64,000 nt of DNA from Octopus sinensis (lineage: Eukaryota): NCBI RefSeq assembly GCF_006345805.1, contig NC_043004.1, positions 29,574,001-29,638,000 on the forward strand. Reading direction: 5' to 3'. Made by a program: the position numbers and the translations under genes. The notes beneath the pieces are model-generated. The model was given only the letters and a program-made list of their open reading frames with translations. It was not told the origin of the DNA and did not search any database. Each line of letters begins with the position of its first letter. Position 1 is the stretch's first letter. This document shows positions 24,522 to 37,994 of the stretch, piece after piece.

Positions 24522-26669
24522 GAATTTGTGGTAAAACATTTTACCTTCGCCCATATAATACAATAAATGAATTATTGCATCACAATTCTTAACATTTATG
24601 TATTAACTTTGTTGGGTGCTTTACTGGCAGTATATTGGATATATGTTATCCCATGGTGGGTTGCACTCACAACCCCTATCTCAATGTGTAGTATTATATA
24701 TATAGTTTAGCATATAATGATATTAATAAATACAAAGTTATTACCAGTTCAAATATGCTTGAGGCATACATGAACTCATAAGAAGGCTATTCACTGTGTT
24801 TTGTCATGGAGAAAACTTCTCACTGTAGATAAATGGGTATTAATACATCAATTTAACTTTTAGTATCACTTAACCAGACTGTGGGACTGCAAGCTGATGA
24901 GAGAGATTTTTTTCTTTTATGGTATTTCCATCATTGTTCAATCACTGGTAGTGCTAATTGGTGGCTCACCACAAACAAATATGGGCTGACAGATTAATTT
25001 AAGAATAAAGCCTTGCTAGGAAACTTTGTTGGATACAGACAAGATCCTATAAAATTTAATTGTTTTAATTATACATTTATTAAAATTTTCAGACCATAAC
25101 GTTTTTATCATCCTGATCGTCATATTGTGATCACAACAACATGGCCTCCTCTCCCCTGTAAGACTGTCCATTGTTTGTCCTCGACCCCTCCTTGTTATAT
25201 CTATATATGTCATTATAGGCAAATAAAGAAATCATTCATTGCCTGTTGATTCTTCGACATGCACTGAGTCGGTCCACTCGCATACACACACGCACGCGCA
25301 TACGTTCACCTAACTTCGGAACGTGATTGCATAAAAGAATATGTTCATGTAATGTTACAAGCTTTCCTTCAATTAACCTTATATGTTAACGCATTACCTC
25401 CTATAATAAATAGGCTATGATTTATTACAAACGTCTCGCGAATTCCTATTTTCTTATTACGTACAAGTGTGTATGTATGTATGTATGTATGTACGATGTG
25501 GTTCTATCTGTTATCTTCCACTAAACCGTCTCACAACGCTTTGCTTAATCCACATCTAGAGTAGATGACAGTTGCCTTGCCAAGGTGGCCATGCAATGGG
25601 GCTGAACCCGAAAACCATGTCGTTGAGAAGAAAATTTGTTAACGGCTGTGTGATTTAACATCACCACATTGGGCTTTGGGTACCTTTAGCAGAGTTTATT
25701 CTGTTGTAAGAAGTCAGGCCAGATCTCCAGTGTGAAGTTACCTTCCTCCCAGTTTCCAAAAACCATGCAAAGGTTACAGCTGCTGTCCTCCAATTAATTA
25801 CAAAAGGGATAATAGTATAGGAAAAATATGTAATAAAGCGTAATTTATTTGGGAACATTCTGTGTTTCATTGAATAATATTACTTTCTATTGTTTCTAAC
25901 TAAATATTATTAACACTAAGATTGCTAATTAATGGCCAAAATATTAAAAGTATCTCAAATGCAAAATTTAGCCGATAAATAAATAGATTTCAACTTAGAT
26001 CGCCCACTGTGTTTTCTGGAGGGCGGCAGAATATGTCATTATTGAAGCTAAACAAGAAAACTTATCTGATTTGAAAAGACCGAGTCTACTCGTGAATTTA
26101 GGTAGTTACTCGATCTGTTAGAAATGGCAACCAATCATACGCTATACTTCTAAATAATGAAAGGTCACACCTTTCGTTATTTGATGTAGTCCTACATACG
26201 CCTGAAAAGACACTTGCACTGATAAGAGACGCTTCGTGATTGTGTTAGCGAATTTCAGTTGCAATTGTTCTATAGAAATGACGTCAGCATTATGGCTTAT
26301 TTCAAGAATTAAAGAAAAAAATAGGTTAACTTGTTCGGATGAAAAGAAAATCTCACAGAACAAAGGTCTTTATTTTATGGCGTGAACCCATTTTTGGAAA
26401 TGAATCGCAATGACTTAGATAAAATATTCCAATTATAAATGTTTTGTCTACATTTTACCCAAGAACATCGGATATGGAAATATGAAATTCACAACCTGTT
26501 GAGATCGAGTCGTAAAGGAAATCCAAAGTACTCTATATTAAAATAAGTGTTTTAAACCAATGAAAACGGGTGTTTAGTTGGATATTTCGTTGGTCAGAAA
26601 CATTTCAGGATTCACAAGCAAGTAAAATTATAACCTATAAAGCATTCTGTAGTTCAGAATAGTTGATCA

Positions 26670-26776
26670 TTTTCTACTTCCGGTTTTCTCTCTTATGTCC
26701 TCGAACTTTGATAGATAACCATTGGAGGTCATTTTAGATAGATGTAAACAATATATATAACTACCTGATATAGACA
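26670..26776 (+). promoter_or_regulatory. Candidate promoter and non-coding first exon of a plus-strand host gene
   Basis: ETS motif acttccgg at 26676-26683, pyrimidine-rich start region, strong donor gaca|gtaagt at 26777. It lies in a CpG-retaining block (25.0-28.4 kb) followed by CpG-depleted sequence. Confidence 0.5.
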
Positions 26777-28090
26777 GTAAGTACTTATGTATTTTTCTGG
26801 AATTTATAAAATATCTGATACTTTAACAACAGCGTAATTTCCCTCTGAGAGGTTTCCATCTTTTTTGGTAGTTTACCGTCCTTGACATGGTTACCTTGAC
26901 AACGAGTGAGGGTTCGAAACGATGCACCTCTCCATCACTTCAGCTCTCATGTGCTTCTTTCAATGGATTCTATTTTATATAATTATATTTTTGTTCTTGT
27001 ATTTATTTCTATATAGGTAACTTTGTTTTGTTTAATTATATTAACATATACAAATATTAGGTTTATGTTACTGGAAAATAAAATCAGAAGCGTAATGGAA
27101 ACGATAATGTAAGACGAAATCGCTAGAATTCACGTTATACACATACGTATCTGTATGTTTTATAACGTCTAATATACATATACACACACATGTATACGTA
27201 TGTGTGCGTGTTTGAATGTGAGAACCTGGTGAGAATAACGTAGATACTCCTACATAACTTCGGAATGTTGTGTCTGATACATTTAATTATTCTGTATTCT
27301 GCTCTACTTCTTACTGCGTGTTTGTTCTCTTCACGGGGATCTGTCCTGCTCTTTCTTTCTTCCTTCGTTTCTTTTTTCCTTTTTGTCTTCGATAGGTGAC
27401 ACTTGTTGATGTCTTGTATAATTTAATTTTAAACAAATCTTAACATTACGTGATACACACACACACACATTACGTGATATATATGTGTGTGTGTGTGCTT
27501 GTATACACACACACACAACAAAAGGTACAAAACAGAATATAGTGTTAGATTATTTATTTCATATGTATTCTTTTGTCAGAATATATCATGTAGTTATTTA
27601 TTAGCGTATAGCCTCATTTTTAGTGTGGTGGAATTCCGGCTGTTTCATACATCTCCGCATCTGTTTTGTAGTGGCGGTCGAAACGATATCGTGCACTTTC
27701 TCACAAATGTTACCCTCACATTCCGGCGCTCATCACAAAAAATAAAATCATTTGTTTGTGTTACAATTTACACATTATATAGATCCAAATGCTCATTTAA
27801 CTTGAAACACTAACGTTCGGTAGAGATAAAAGGAAAATCGACCGCGTTGAAATGAGATTGAATTTAAAACTCTTGGGATATAGATCTAAATACTACCAGT
27901 CACTGATCGACCCTCTGTTTCAGATTTTAAAAAATATTAATAACAAATGTATTTTTGGTAATACTTTAAATGGTTTCTTCCGTGATGGTTCTGGACTCGG
28001 TAAAACGAGTCACTGAAAAATATCACAAGAAAACTTCAATAAATAACTTCTTGCTTCATTGTTGTATTTTGAATATAACAGGATTTTATT

Positions 28091-28325
28091 AGGGCGACCA
28101 GCTGGCAGAATCGTTGGTACGCCGAGCGAAGTGCTTAGCAGTATTTCGTCTGCCGTTACGTTCTGAGTTCAAATTCCGCCGAGGTCGACTTTGCTTTCAT
28201 CCTTTCAGGGTCGATTAAATGGGTACCAATTACGCACTGGGTTCGATGTAATCGACTTAATCCCATTGTCTGTCCTTATTTGTCCCCTCTATGTTTAGCC
28301 CTTTGTGGGTAATAAAGAAAAAAAT
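28091..28325 (+). mobile_element. Near full-length young SINE S1 with 15-bp target-site duplication
   Basis: TSD atataacaggatttt at 28073-28087 and 28326-28340. tRNA-like head with gagttcaaattcc B-box. Confidence 0.9.
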
Positions 28326-28429
28326 ATATAACAGGATTTTTATTTCTCCCCTGCTACATATTTGCTCGAGTTTCATGTATTATCATTTAACGAATGATTT
28401 AAAATACTTAATCACTTTTGAACTATATG

Positions 28430-28730
28430 CAGGCGTGGGTTCGTGGTTATGAATCTGGCTCTCCAGCCATGTAGTCTTGGGGTCAGTCTCACTGCGTGAC
28501 ACCTTGGAGAGATGCAACCAAAGCCTTGTATGTGGATATACCTATGTGTCTTTGGCTTTTGTTTGCCCTCCACTACCGCGTGAAACCAGTGTTGGTTTGT
28601 TTACATCCTCGTAACTTAGCCGTTCAGCAGGACTGACTTACAAGTATTGGGGTCAATTTGTTCTATTATACCCCTCAAAGTGGAGTCCTAGCATGACTGC
28701 AGTCCAGTGACTAAAACAAGTAAAGGGTAA
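28430..28730 (+). mobile_element. SINE family S2 (tRNA-like head ggcgtgg...gggtcagtctcactgcg; tail gactaaaacaagtaaa)
   Basis: Homologous to 33385-33830, 36590-36935, 42660-42900, 60870-61420 and others. Confidence 0.8.
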
Positions 28731-29614
28731 AAGATATTGTTTGTAGTAATTTAAATGAAATGCTACTTTTTTTCCCAAACCATCTGTGACTTTCATTTTC
28801 CATGAATTTTGTTTTCGTTTGCCAAATAAAAGAACAATTAAGTGTCATAATATTCAAGAACATCTGTCTTGTTGATCTCATCCATCTCAGAAGTTACTAC
28901 AGAGATCATAAGTACAGCACCTCTTCCTCCAGACCAAGCCATTAAAGTTTAACTGAAATGGCTTTAGTCTGCTCTTGAAACTGTATTGAAGTTTCTGCAT
29001 GATGTATCTTGGTAGCATACTATACATCTCAGTTTGAAGGATCTATCTGCTCTGGTGTCCTGTCTGGTTGGCAAATTTGTTCTGTTTACTAAAACATCTC
29101 AGACTTAAATTATAAGAAGGAAAAAGTAAAAATGTCAAAATAGACAAGGAGAGTCCTAACTCCTGCTATGCACAACTGAAATGCAAAGTAACGAACTTAT
29201 TCATTTCTTAGTTTAGTCTAAATCCAACACTATGTTTTTATCAGAGGCCCAGCATGTGTGTGATTTAGTTATGTTGTAATAGCACTCACAAGTCACAAAT
29301 TGATAGGTATTGTAGTTAAAAGACATTTGACTTATTCCTAGATTCCAGGATTAAAAATGACTTATTTCTATGATTATATATGGTTTTCCTACCTATGCTT
29401 GCTCTGTTTGTTTGAAGTTTAAAATCTTATTGGAGAAAAAAAGATACAGATAGCACATAAAGAAAATTAGATAATTGACAAATTTTTCATTCAAGCACCT
29501 ATGGTATCAGTTTGAGCCTAAGAAATTATGGTGCACCTATCTTATTATATGTTACATTACATGGTTACTATACTTAGTTAACTCTAAAGCCATCTACAAT
29601 CATGTCCAGACACT

Positions 29615-30152
29615 ATGCCATATGGACAATGATAAAGCATGAAAACCTGTTGAGGCAAGTGAAATCAAAATCGCTGACGTGGCTGATGACGGTACCATCT
29701 GATTGGCACTTGTGCCAGTGGAACGTTAAAAGCACCATCCAAGCATGATCATTGCCAGAGCCACTGTTTGGCTCCTGTGCTGGTGGCATGTAAAAAGCAC
29801 CATTCAAGTGTGATCATTGCCAGCGTCACCTTACTGGTATATGTGCCGGTGGCACGTGAAGAACAGCATTCGAGTGTGGTCGTTGCCAGTGCCACCAGAC
29901 ATGCAGGTAGCCCGTAAAACATACATTTTGAGTGTGGTCATTGCCAGAATCGCCTAACTGGCCCTCGTGCTGGTGGCACATAAAAGCACTAACTACACTC
30001 TCAGAGTGGTTGGCATTAGGAAGGGCATCCAGCTGTAGAAACATTGCCAGATCAGATTGGAGCCTGGTGTAGCCTTCTGATTCGCCAGTATTCAGTCAAA
30101 CCGTCCAACCCATGCCAGCATGAAAAGCAGACGTTAAACAATGATGATGATG
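29615..30152 (+). mobile_element. RTE-3'UTR-type repeat with about five tandem units
   Basis: Repeated ggcac(g/a)taaaaagcac units, then the shared tail gtccaacccatgccagcatg...gttaaacaatgatgatgat. Confidence 0.85.
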
Positions 30153-30429
30153 TAAAAAAAAATGATAAAAGGTTTTGTAAAAGTGTTGAATAGGCAAGTC
30201 TTTATTCACCATCAAACATTAAAAAAACTTGATGAGGTCATTTAAAATGAAATTTCTTACTACAAATTTTCCTGCGACCATAAATGTTTACAGCAAAATT
30301 TCCTATAACCATTTACATTGTTTACTGATGGGTATTGTAGACTAGATTCCCAGTAGAATCCAGCTTTATGAAAGCCATATTGGTGTTCATCAATAAGAGA
30401 TAGATAAAGAGAGAGAGAAATTCGGTGTT

Positions 30430-30529
30430 GGAGAGTGTCATTAGTTGCTGTTTCCTTTCCGTTCCCTTCAGATTCTGGAAATTAGTTCATAGGATGATGG
30501 TTAGCAGAGTCAGATCAGGGTATAATCCT

Positions 30530-30565
<36 letters not shown>

Positions 30566-31090
30566 TGTGTGAGGAGGGATTAAAGAGTTTGGTGAGCAAA
30601 GGGGTTAGTCACAATGAATATTCTTTGATTGTAGTAGAAGAATCATTGTAGGGGCCAGTTGACTTTGATGGTTTGAGAAAACCAGAGGTACGTTTGTACT
30701 TGGCATGTATGGATGATGGTGAGTCAGATGAGTAGAATATGATAGATTTGGTTAGTTTTGCAGTATGGAGTTGGATGGTAAGTGGGTAGGTAGTAAAGGT
30801 GGGGTCTGTCTCTGTGGAAGTACTACTGTCAGAACCATCATGGTTTAAGAAATTGAGAAGAGGAAGATACCTCAAAGTTGGTAGGGAACCTTTTGACAAA
30901 GAACCAAACTGATTAGTTGGTAGAGGTACTTGAGAGCTGTATAATGCACATAAGTGTCCATTATAGTTCAGCTATTGGTCTTACAAGAGTTGTGGTGGTG
31001 GGTAGATGCTGTCCATTTCATGAAGGAAGACAACTTTGGATAAGTTCTAAACTCATTAGACCTTGTTGGTGAAACAGACTTCATCATGTA
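30430..31090 (-). mobile_element. CR1/L2-like LINE remnant (linker between endonuclease and RT)
   Basis: Minus translation ...VWFFVK...LPLLNFLNHDGSDSSTSTETDPTF resembles FWSxxK...IPxLxxxDGSxxSSxxEKAxxF. Confidence 0.6.
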
Positions 31091-33064
31091 CAAGTAAAAA
31101 CAATTTTTGGTTAGCCTGAAGCTATGGAAGAAGATACTTGCTCAAGGTGCCATACAGTGAGACAGAACCCAGAATGATGTTGGAAAGCAAACTTCTTACC
31201 ATACAACCATACCTAATTTGCTTTTTTTATGTTCACTACAATAGATGTAAACCCTAACTTGACTGTTATTTTTCAATATCTTCAGTGATTCATTCTTCTT
31301 AGATATGCTAATTTTCACACTTACTGTACATTGATTGATAATTCACTTATAATTACTTCATACCATTCTGAGGAGACCTAATATGTTCTAATCCTGTTCT
31401 GAGAAGATCTAATATGACCAAAGCATGTCTGCTATTGTTTTTCTGAAATAATATGGGTTTCATATTTTGGCATAAGGCCAGGAAGCTCAGAGGGGGGAGC
31501 AAATCAATTACATTAACCCCAGTACTCAACTGGTACTTATTTTATCGACCTGAAAGGATGAAAGGCAAAGTCGACCTCAGCAGAATTTGAACTCTGGACA
31601 TAGCAACAAATGAAATGCTGCTAAACATTTTGTCTGGTGTGCTAACAATTATATTTTTTTCTTCTTGCATATTAGTTCTATTAAAACAAATAGTACCTGT
31701 GAAAATTCCACAGTTATTTTGAAAACTCAAAGAAGGTTGAAAGTTTAAAGAGAAACATGAAGATAATAATTTCTTTTGAAGAGATATTTTGTTTGGAACA
31801 TTTGACTCTTTAGATTGTGTAAAAGTTCAAGTAAGTAGTATTGAATACACAGTTTTAGGAGACAACATATCTGAAAGCTACAGGGCTGGTTATACACTTG
31901 TCTCTTCTACCTTGAAAGTTGATATCTATTACTTTTCACTCTGAGTTAAGATGTAAGCAATCTTAATATGGATCAAAATTGAAGGCATAGTCTATCTATA
32001 ATATTATTCTACTGTATGGCTACATTGGTAAAGCTTTAACAAAGCTTAATTTATTCTATAATGTCCTTATTTTCTAATCAAATACAAGCTCATATGGCTA
32101 CACTTGAACTCATAGTTCCAATGATTGATTTATAGTTGTTGCTCCACTGAGCTGCGGATTTTAAAATAAACACATCAGTAATATAGGTGTAGTCATGGCT
32201 GGATGACTAAAAAGTTGCTTCACAACCATGTGGTTCTGGATTTGGTCCCAATGCATAGCACCTTAGTTAAGTGACTTCTACTATAGCCTCAAGTCTATTA
32301 ATATTTGGAATGAACTTTGGTAGAAAGAAACACTATAGAAGCCCATCGCATGTATGTGTTTTATGCATGCATGTGTGTGTGTATGTGAGAGAGACAGACA
32401 GACGGAAAGCGTTTGAATTTACATTTATGCTGCTTAAAACCATGACAAACCCTCTGCTCACCTACTGAAACAAGTGGATTGAGTACATAATTAGTGCTGT
32501 TGTTTAGCCCTAGGTCAGTGTTAACACATTTCCAGTTTCCATTGTTGAAATTTCACTCCTAAGATATTGGTCAGCTTGGAAGACAACATCAAGCACTTAT
32601 CTAAATGGTTGCAAAATGTTAACCATAGAACCATTCCTTCTATACTCATGTATACATTATATTAGTGTATATTAACAAACGCACAAGAAAACTTATCTCA
32701 ATAGATAACTAGGTGATATTTGTTGGCAATAATATTCAGTGGAAAAGAACATTTGCTTTAGCAAACAATACAAATAACTGAATTCGAAGAATCACAAGAC
32801 ATGCTAGCATGGGGAAAATGATAGATAGAATATGTATAAATGTAATAATCTACAATATATTTTTTAAAAATTTATTTAATATTTCTTAATCATTGTACAT
32901 TTGAAGAAAACATATCAGTGCATCCATATATAAAAAGTTTTGCTGTTTTTTTCACCTTTCTGTAAAACAACTGAGTTCCTGTGGATGTTATTTGGCCTGA
33001 TAACTAACTGCTTTAGGATTTCAGCTCTGATAACAAAAACAAATTCCTAGCACTATCTCAGGTT

Positions 33065-33162
33065 TCAGTAATATAATTCTGCTTCCTGTGATGAAGATAC
33101 TTCTAAATTAGAAATAGTTTGATCTAATGGTGCAACTAACTGGTGTGTGGCTGGGTTTGCTT
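33065..33162 (-). CDS. Candidate terminal coding exon (xANPATHQLVAPLDQTISNLEVSSSQEAELYY*)
   Basis: Minus ggtttctgtttgtttttaag| acceptor (AAG type) followed by a 31-codon open frame and TGA in non-repetitive sequence. No homology support. Confidence 0.3.
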
Positions 33163-33384
33163 CTTAAAAACAAACAGAAACCAGTTATATAATTAAGCAA
33201 TACATGTAATTATGAGCCAAATTGAAGAAGCCTCTTTGTCAGGGATGCAAAAGCTTTATAGTTAGCATCAGTGGGGTGAATTACAGGTACTTAGGAACAT
33301 TTTGGGATCACATCAGTGCTATGTAGACAATTATAAATCTTAAATTTTACAAATTCATTAGTAATTAAAATTCAATTACTCTCT

Positions 33385-33582
33385 CTCTTTTACTCTTTTA
33401 CTTGTTTCAGTCATTTGACTGTGGCCATGCTGGAGCACCGGCTTTAGTCAAGCAAATCGACCCCGGGACTTATTCTTTGTAAGCCCAGTACTTATTCTAT
33501 CAGTCTCTTTTGCCGAACTGCTAAGTGACGGGGACGTAAACACACCAGCATCAGTTGTCAAGCAATGCTAGGGGGACAAACA

Positions 33583-33670
<88 letters not shown>

Positions 33671-33830
33671 TACGACAGGCTTCTTTCAGTTTCCATCTAC
33701 CAAATCCACTCACAAGGCATTGGTAGGCCCGGGGCTATAGCAGAAGACACTTGCCCAAGATGCCACGCAGTGGGACTGAACCTGGAACCATGTGGTTGGT
33801 TAGCAAGCTACTTACCACACAGCCACTCCT
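33385..33830 (-). mobile_element. Near full-length SINE S2 with internal (CA)n(TA)n microsatellite
   Basis: Head gcaggagtggctgtgtggtaagtagcttgctaaccaaccacatggttccaggttcagtccc on minus; tail gtcaaatgactgaaacaagtaaaagag. Confidence 0.9.
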
Positions 33831-34204
33831 GCTGCTTTTAACAGATTTTTCCATATGGACTTTTCAAAGATCTTGTCAGTAGGCAATTTCAGATTTGAAT
33901 CATCATCATCATCATCATCATCATGTCATTGTTATAATGTCCACCTTTCCATGCTTGCATGAGTTGAATGGGATTTATTGAGGCAGATTTCCTATGATTG
34001 AATGCCCCTTTATTGCAGACACTCATCTGTTTCCAAAAATATTCCCCATGATTGGACATGTTTGCATAGAAGACTGGAAACAAAGGACACCATCTATATG
34101 ACAATGACACTTGTTTACAACTCTCATGTATTTCAATACAAGGAGACACCAACTCACACATATACACATGAATATATATATATATAACCCCCTTTGCTTG
34201 TGAA

Positions 34205-34590
34205 GACATGTTGGGGCAAGGGGCAAGTGAAATCGAAATCGAATTGAACCAGCCAGGATCCCTGGTCTGGTGGTACGTAAAAAGCACTATCCAACTCGTG
34301 GCCGATGCCAGCACCGCCTCGACTGGCTTCCGTGCCGGTGGCACATAAAATACACCAATCCGACCGTGGCCGTTGCCAGCCTCGCCTGGCACCTGTGCAG
34401 GTGGCACGTAAAAAGCACCCACTACACTCACGGAGTGGTTGGCATTAGGAAGGGCATCCAGCTGTAGAAACATTGCCAGATAAGACTGGAGCCTGGTGCA
34501 GCCTTCTGGCTTCCCAGATCCCCGGTCGAACTGTCCAACCCATGCTAGCATGGAGAACGGACGTTAAACGATGATGATGATGATGATGAT
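34205..34590 (+). mobile_element. Young RTE-3'UTR-type repeat (two tandem units)
   Basis: Nearly identical to 10790-11145, with CpGs retained inside a CpG-depleted region. Confidence 0.88.
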
Positions 34591-35001
34591 ATATATATAT
34601 ATTCATGGGCTTGTTTGTTTCTTTTTTATGAAATTCACTCACAAGACTTTGGTCAAGCTAGGGATATAGTAGAAAATACTTCCTTAAGGTGCTATGTAAT
34701 GGGGTTGAACCCAGAACCAACTGGTTGGAAAGCAAGATTTTTAACCACACAGCCATACCTGAATGCAAGTGAAATTTTGCCTGTGAGTAAAATAATCCCC
34801 ATCTTCCTATTATCAATGAGTTTATTGTATACAGTACTCAGGTGCACTACATGGTCTCTTGATCTGCTACAAATAACATCCAAATCTTCAAATCACCATC
34901 TTTTTAAAAAAGAGGACATATTACATAAGATAAACTGTGTCTGAAAAGACGTGGATGACTATTGTTAAAATGCCATATATATATATGTATATATGTATGT
35001 A

Positions 35002-35037
<36 letters not shown>

Positions 35038-35299
35038 CTAGCTGTTGGATCCAGTGTTGTTTGTGTTTTCCATGTTGAAGTTACGCCCACCTCTGACCTT
35101 GCATTGAAATCTTCTACATTCCCCATGTCAACCATTACCCATTAAGATGTTATATCTGGTTCAACAGGGATTTTACCTGGTTAACTCTTTTGACATACTC
35201 CTACATACTGGACCGTCTGAAATCGCAGTCAAACTTTTGGGTGTACCTCTACCCATTGAGAGTGATGTTTGTTTATTTCTGTCCCCTTCATGCCACCCT

Positions 35300-36160
35300 C
35301 CGTACAAAATTGATCAGTGTGTCCAATCTGAGCAAAATCCGAAGAAAAGTGCTATGGTTATGTCATAAAATAGAATCCCTGGGACCATTTACATGAAAAT
35401 ATCCCATTGACTTCTAAATCCCAATACATTATATGAATAATTGATGTTTCATATGTTGAAGTGCTTAATTTTACTCATGGGTTAATTTTCTTCAAAATCA
35501 GTTCATTATTTTATTGTGAGTGAATTTTGACAATTTCTGCCTTTCACTAGTTTAATTTTAATTCTACTATATGACTCTGACTATAAACTTTACCTAAATG
35601 TCAAATTTCATCAAAATCGGATGAATTCTGTAAAAGTTGCAGTATAAAATATTAATCCTATGAGTAAGTGCATACAAAAAGCCTAATGATTTCCTAAAAA
35701 TACCCCACTAATGTGCAATTATAGATTTTTTTTTGTCAAATCTTCATACTGGCATCAACTAATGGACATGTACTGTAATCACGTGTAAAATTTCTACAAA
35801 ATCGATAAGAATGTCTTTAAAGAAATGCTTATTTGCATTTGTGCCTTTTCAAGCCCTTTTGAATTAAATAAGCACCTTTACCTACATCTCAAATTTCATT
35901 AACATTGGATGAAAAATATAAAAGTTATGGTCAAAAATAGAATCCCTACAGATATTTGCACACAAAAAGCCTATTGATTTTATAAAACCACTACTCAGGC
36001 GCAATTATTGAATTTTTGTTAACGACACATATACTGACACCAACTCACTGCCATGAGCCTCGCTCACTCATTGATTGTCATTAAATCAGTTAAAAAATGC
36101 AAAAGCTGCAGGAAAAATAACATCTTTATGGGAATTTCCATTCAAACACCATAATTGAGC
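35300..36160. repeat. Diverged tandem triplication of a ~285-bp unit (DNA-transposon/MITE-like interior)
   Basis: ctttaccta...aaatttcat recurs at 35588 and 35876 (288 bp apart). aaaatagaatccct recurs at 35367 and 35934 (567 bp apart). Confidence 0.75.
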
Positions 36161-36367
36161 TCACAAAAATCAATGTCAACTGAGCATTATCAAGTTTTTG
36201 AAAAATTCCGGCCTTATTTGAACTTCAGGGTATGTGATCTACCTATGTGTCAAAAATCATTAAAATCATTTGGATGGTGTGGGAGGAGTTAAGAGTAACC
36301 CCAAACATACACACACACAGACACCATTACACATTTATGTACATATATATATATGTGTGTGTATGTC

Positions 36368-36424
<57 letters not shown>

Positions 36425-36426
<2 letters not shown>

Positions 36427-36547
36427 CTTTATTTAAAGCAGCAGAAAATTCAACAAAACCTGTTACTCTGAGTTTCCCGTTGCCGTTCATCGGACAGTTT
36501 TTGAGTACTCTTTTTTCCACCTTGTTTCACATTTATGTGTTTACTCC

Positions 36548-36550
<3 letters not shown>
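36425..36550. mobile_element. PLE-like terminal repeat family C within (TA)n, with a hammerhead-like motif on minus at 36466-36497
   Basis: Shares ctttatttaaagcagcagaaaattca and gagtactctttttt...gtgtttact with 63285-63415. Minus motif: ctgt-CCGATGA-a-cg(gcaa)cg-g-GAA-ACT-C-agag. Confidence 0.55.
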
Positions 36551-36592
<42 letters not shown>

Positions 36593-37931
36593 GCACAGGC
36601 ATGGCAGTGTGGTAAGAAGCTTCTCAACCACATGGTTCAGGGTTCAGTCCCACTGTGTGGTGCCTTGGCCAACCAAAGCCTTCTGAGTGGATTTGCTAGA
36701 CAGAAACTGAAAAAACCCCATTGTATATATGTGTGTGTGTCTGTGTTTGTCCCCCCACCATCACTGCTTGACAACTGGTGTTGATGTGTTTACATCCCTG
36801 TAATCTAGCAGTTCAGCCAAAAAGACTGATAAAATAAATACTAGGCTTAAAAATGAGTCCTAGATTCAATTTGTTCAAACCCTTCAAGGTGGTGCTCCAG
36901 CATGGCCACAGTCAAATAACTGAAACAAGTAAAGGAATATATATAAATATATATATAGTTTAATGGTGGTCCTTTACATGTGAACCTTCTCTAACACTTT
37001 ATAGGACCTGGGAGGGCCCATACCTGTTAAGTTGATTACTGGAACTTTAGCTACCATGACTAGACATGGGATGAATACTGGAATGGTTTCCTACTACTGG
37101 TAGATGAGATTTGAACTCAGACTATAGACAGCCATAAGATATACTGTAAAACATTTCCGTCCATGTGTCAATGATTTTGCCACTGTCCCATCCATAGAGC
37201 AATGTTTAGCTCAAGAACACAACACGCTGCCTGGTCTGGGAATTGAACCCATGATCTAGCAATTGTGAGTGCAACACTCTAATCACTAGGCCATGTGTGA
37301 GACTACATGTGTAGGTGTCTCCCTATCTTGACATTGCATGATAGTTGTAAATGAGTGACACTGTCATGCAAGCAGTGTTGTTTATTTCTATTTCTAATAT
37401 TCTGTGAAAATATGTCTGCCGTGGGGAAATATTACTTTACCTTGAAATAGGTGAGGATTAGTGACAGAAAGGACATCCAGCTGTAGAAAATCTGCCTCAA
37501 TAAACTATCCTACCCATGCAAGCATAGAGAAGTGAACGTTAAAATGATGATGATGATGATATATATACACATGCCACATTTCCACCGACATACTTACAAA
37601 TTCATGTAAAGTGATATGTATAACAGCTGCATGAGGTTATGGTGGTGAGTCGATGATCACAACCTAAACAGATATGAATGGAAGATGTGGACTTAATGAC
37701 TTGAACAGTCATGTTCAACTATACTGTCATTGTGCTGGGTCCTTTACTTTCTCCACTTGATCTGTGGACTTTTGCTTCATAGCTGAATGAGTCTGAAGTA
37801 TGAAGGACATCCAGCTGTAAAAACAGTTCCTGCAAAACCATCACACCCACATTGGCATGGAATTAAAGATAAACCACTACACACACATGCATTCTCTATC
37901 TGTTTGTCTATGTCTGTCTTTCTCTCTCTTG

Positions 37932-37994
<63 letters not shown>

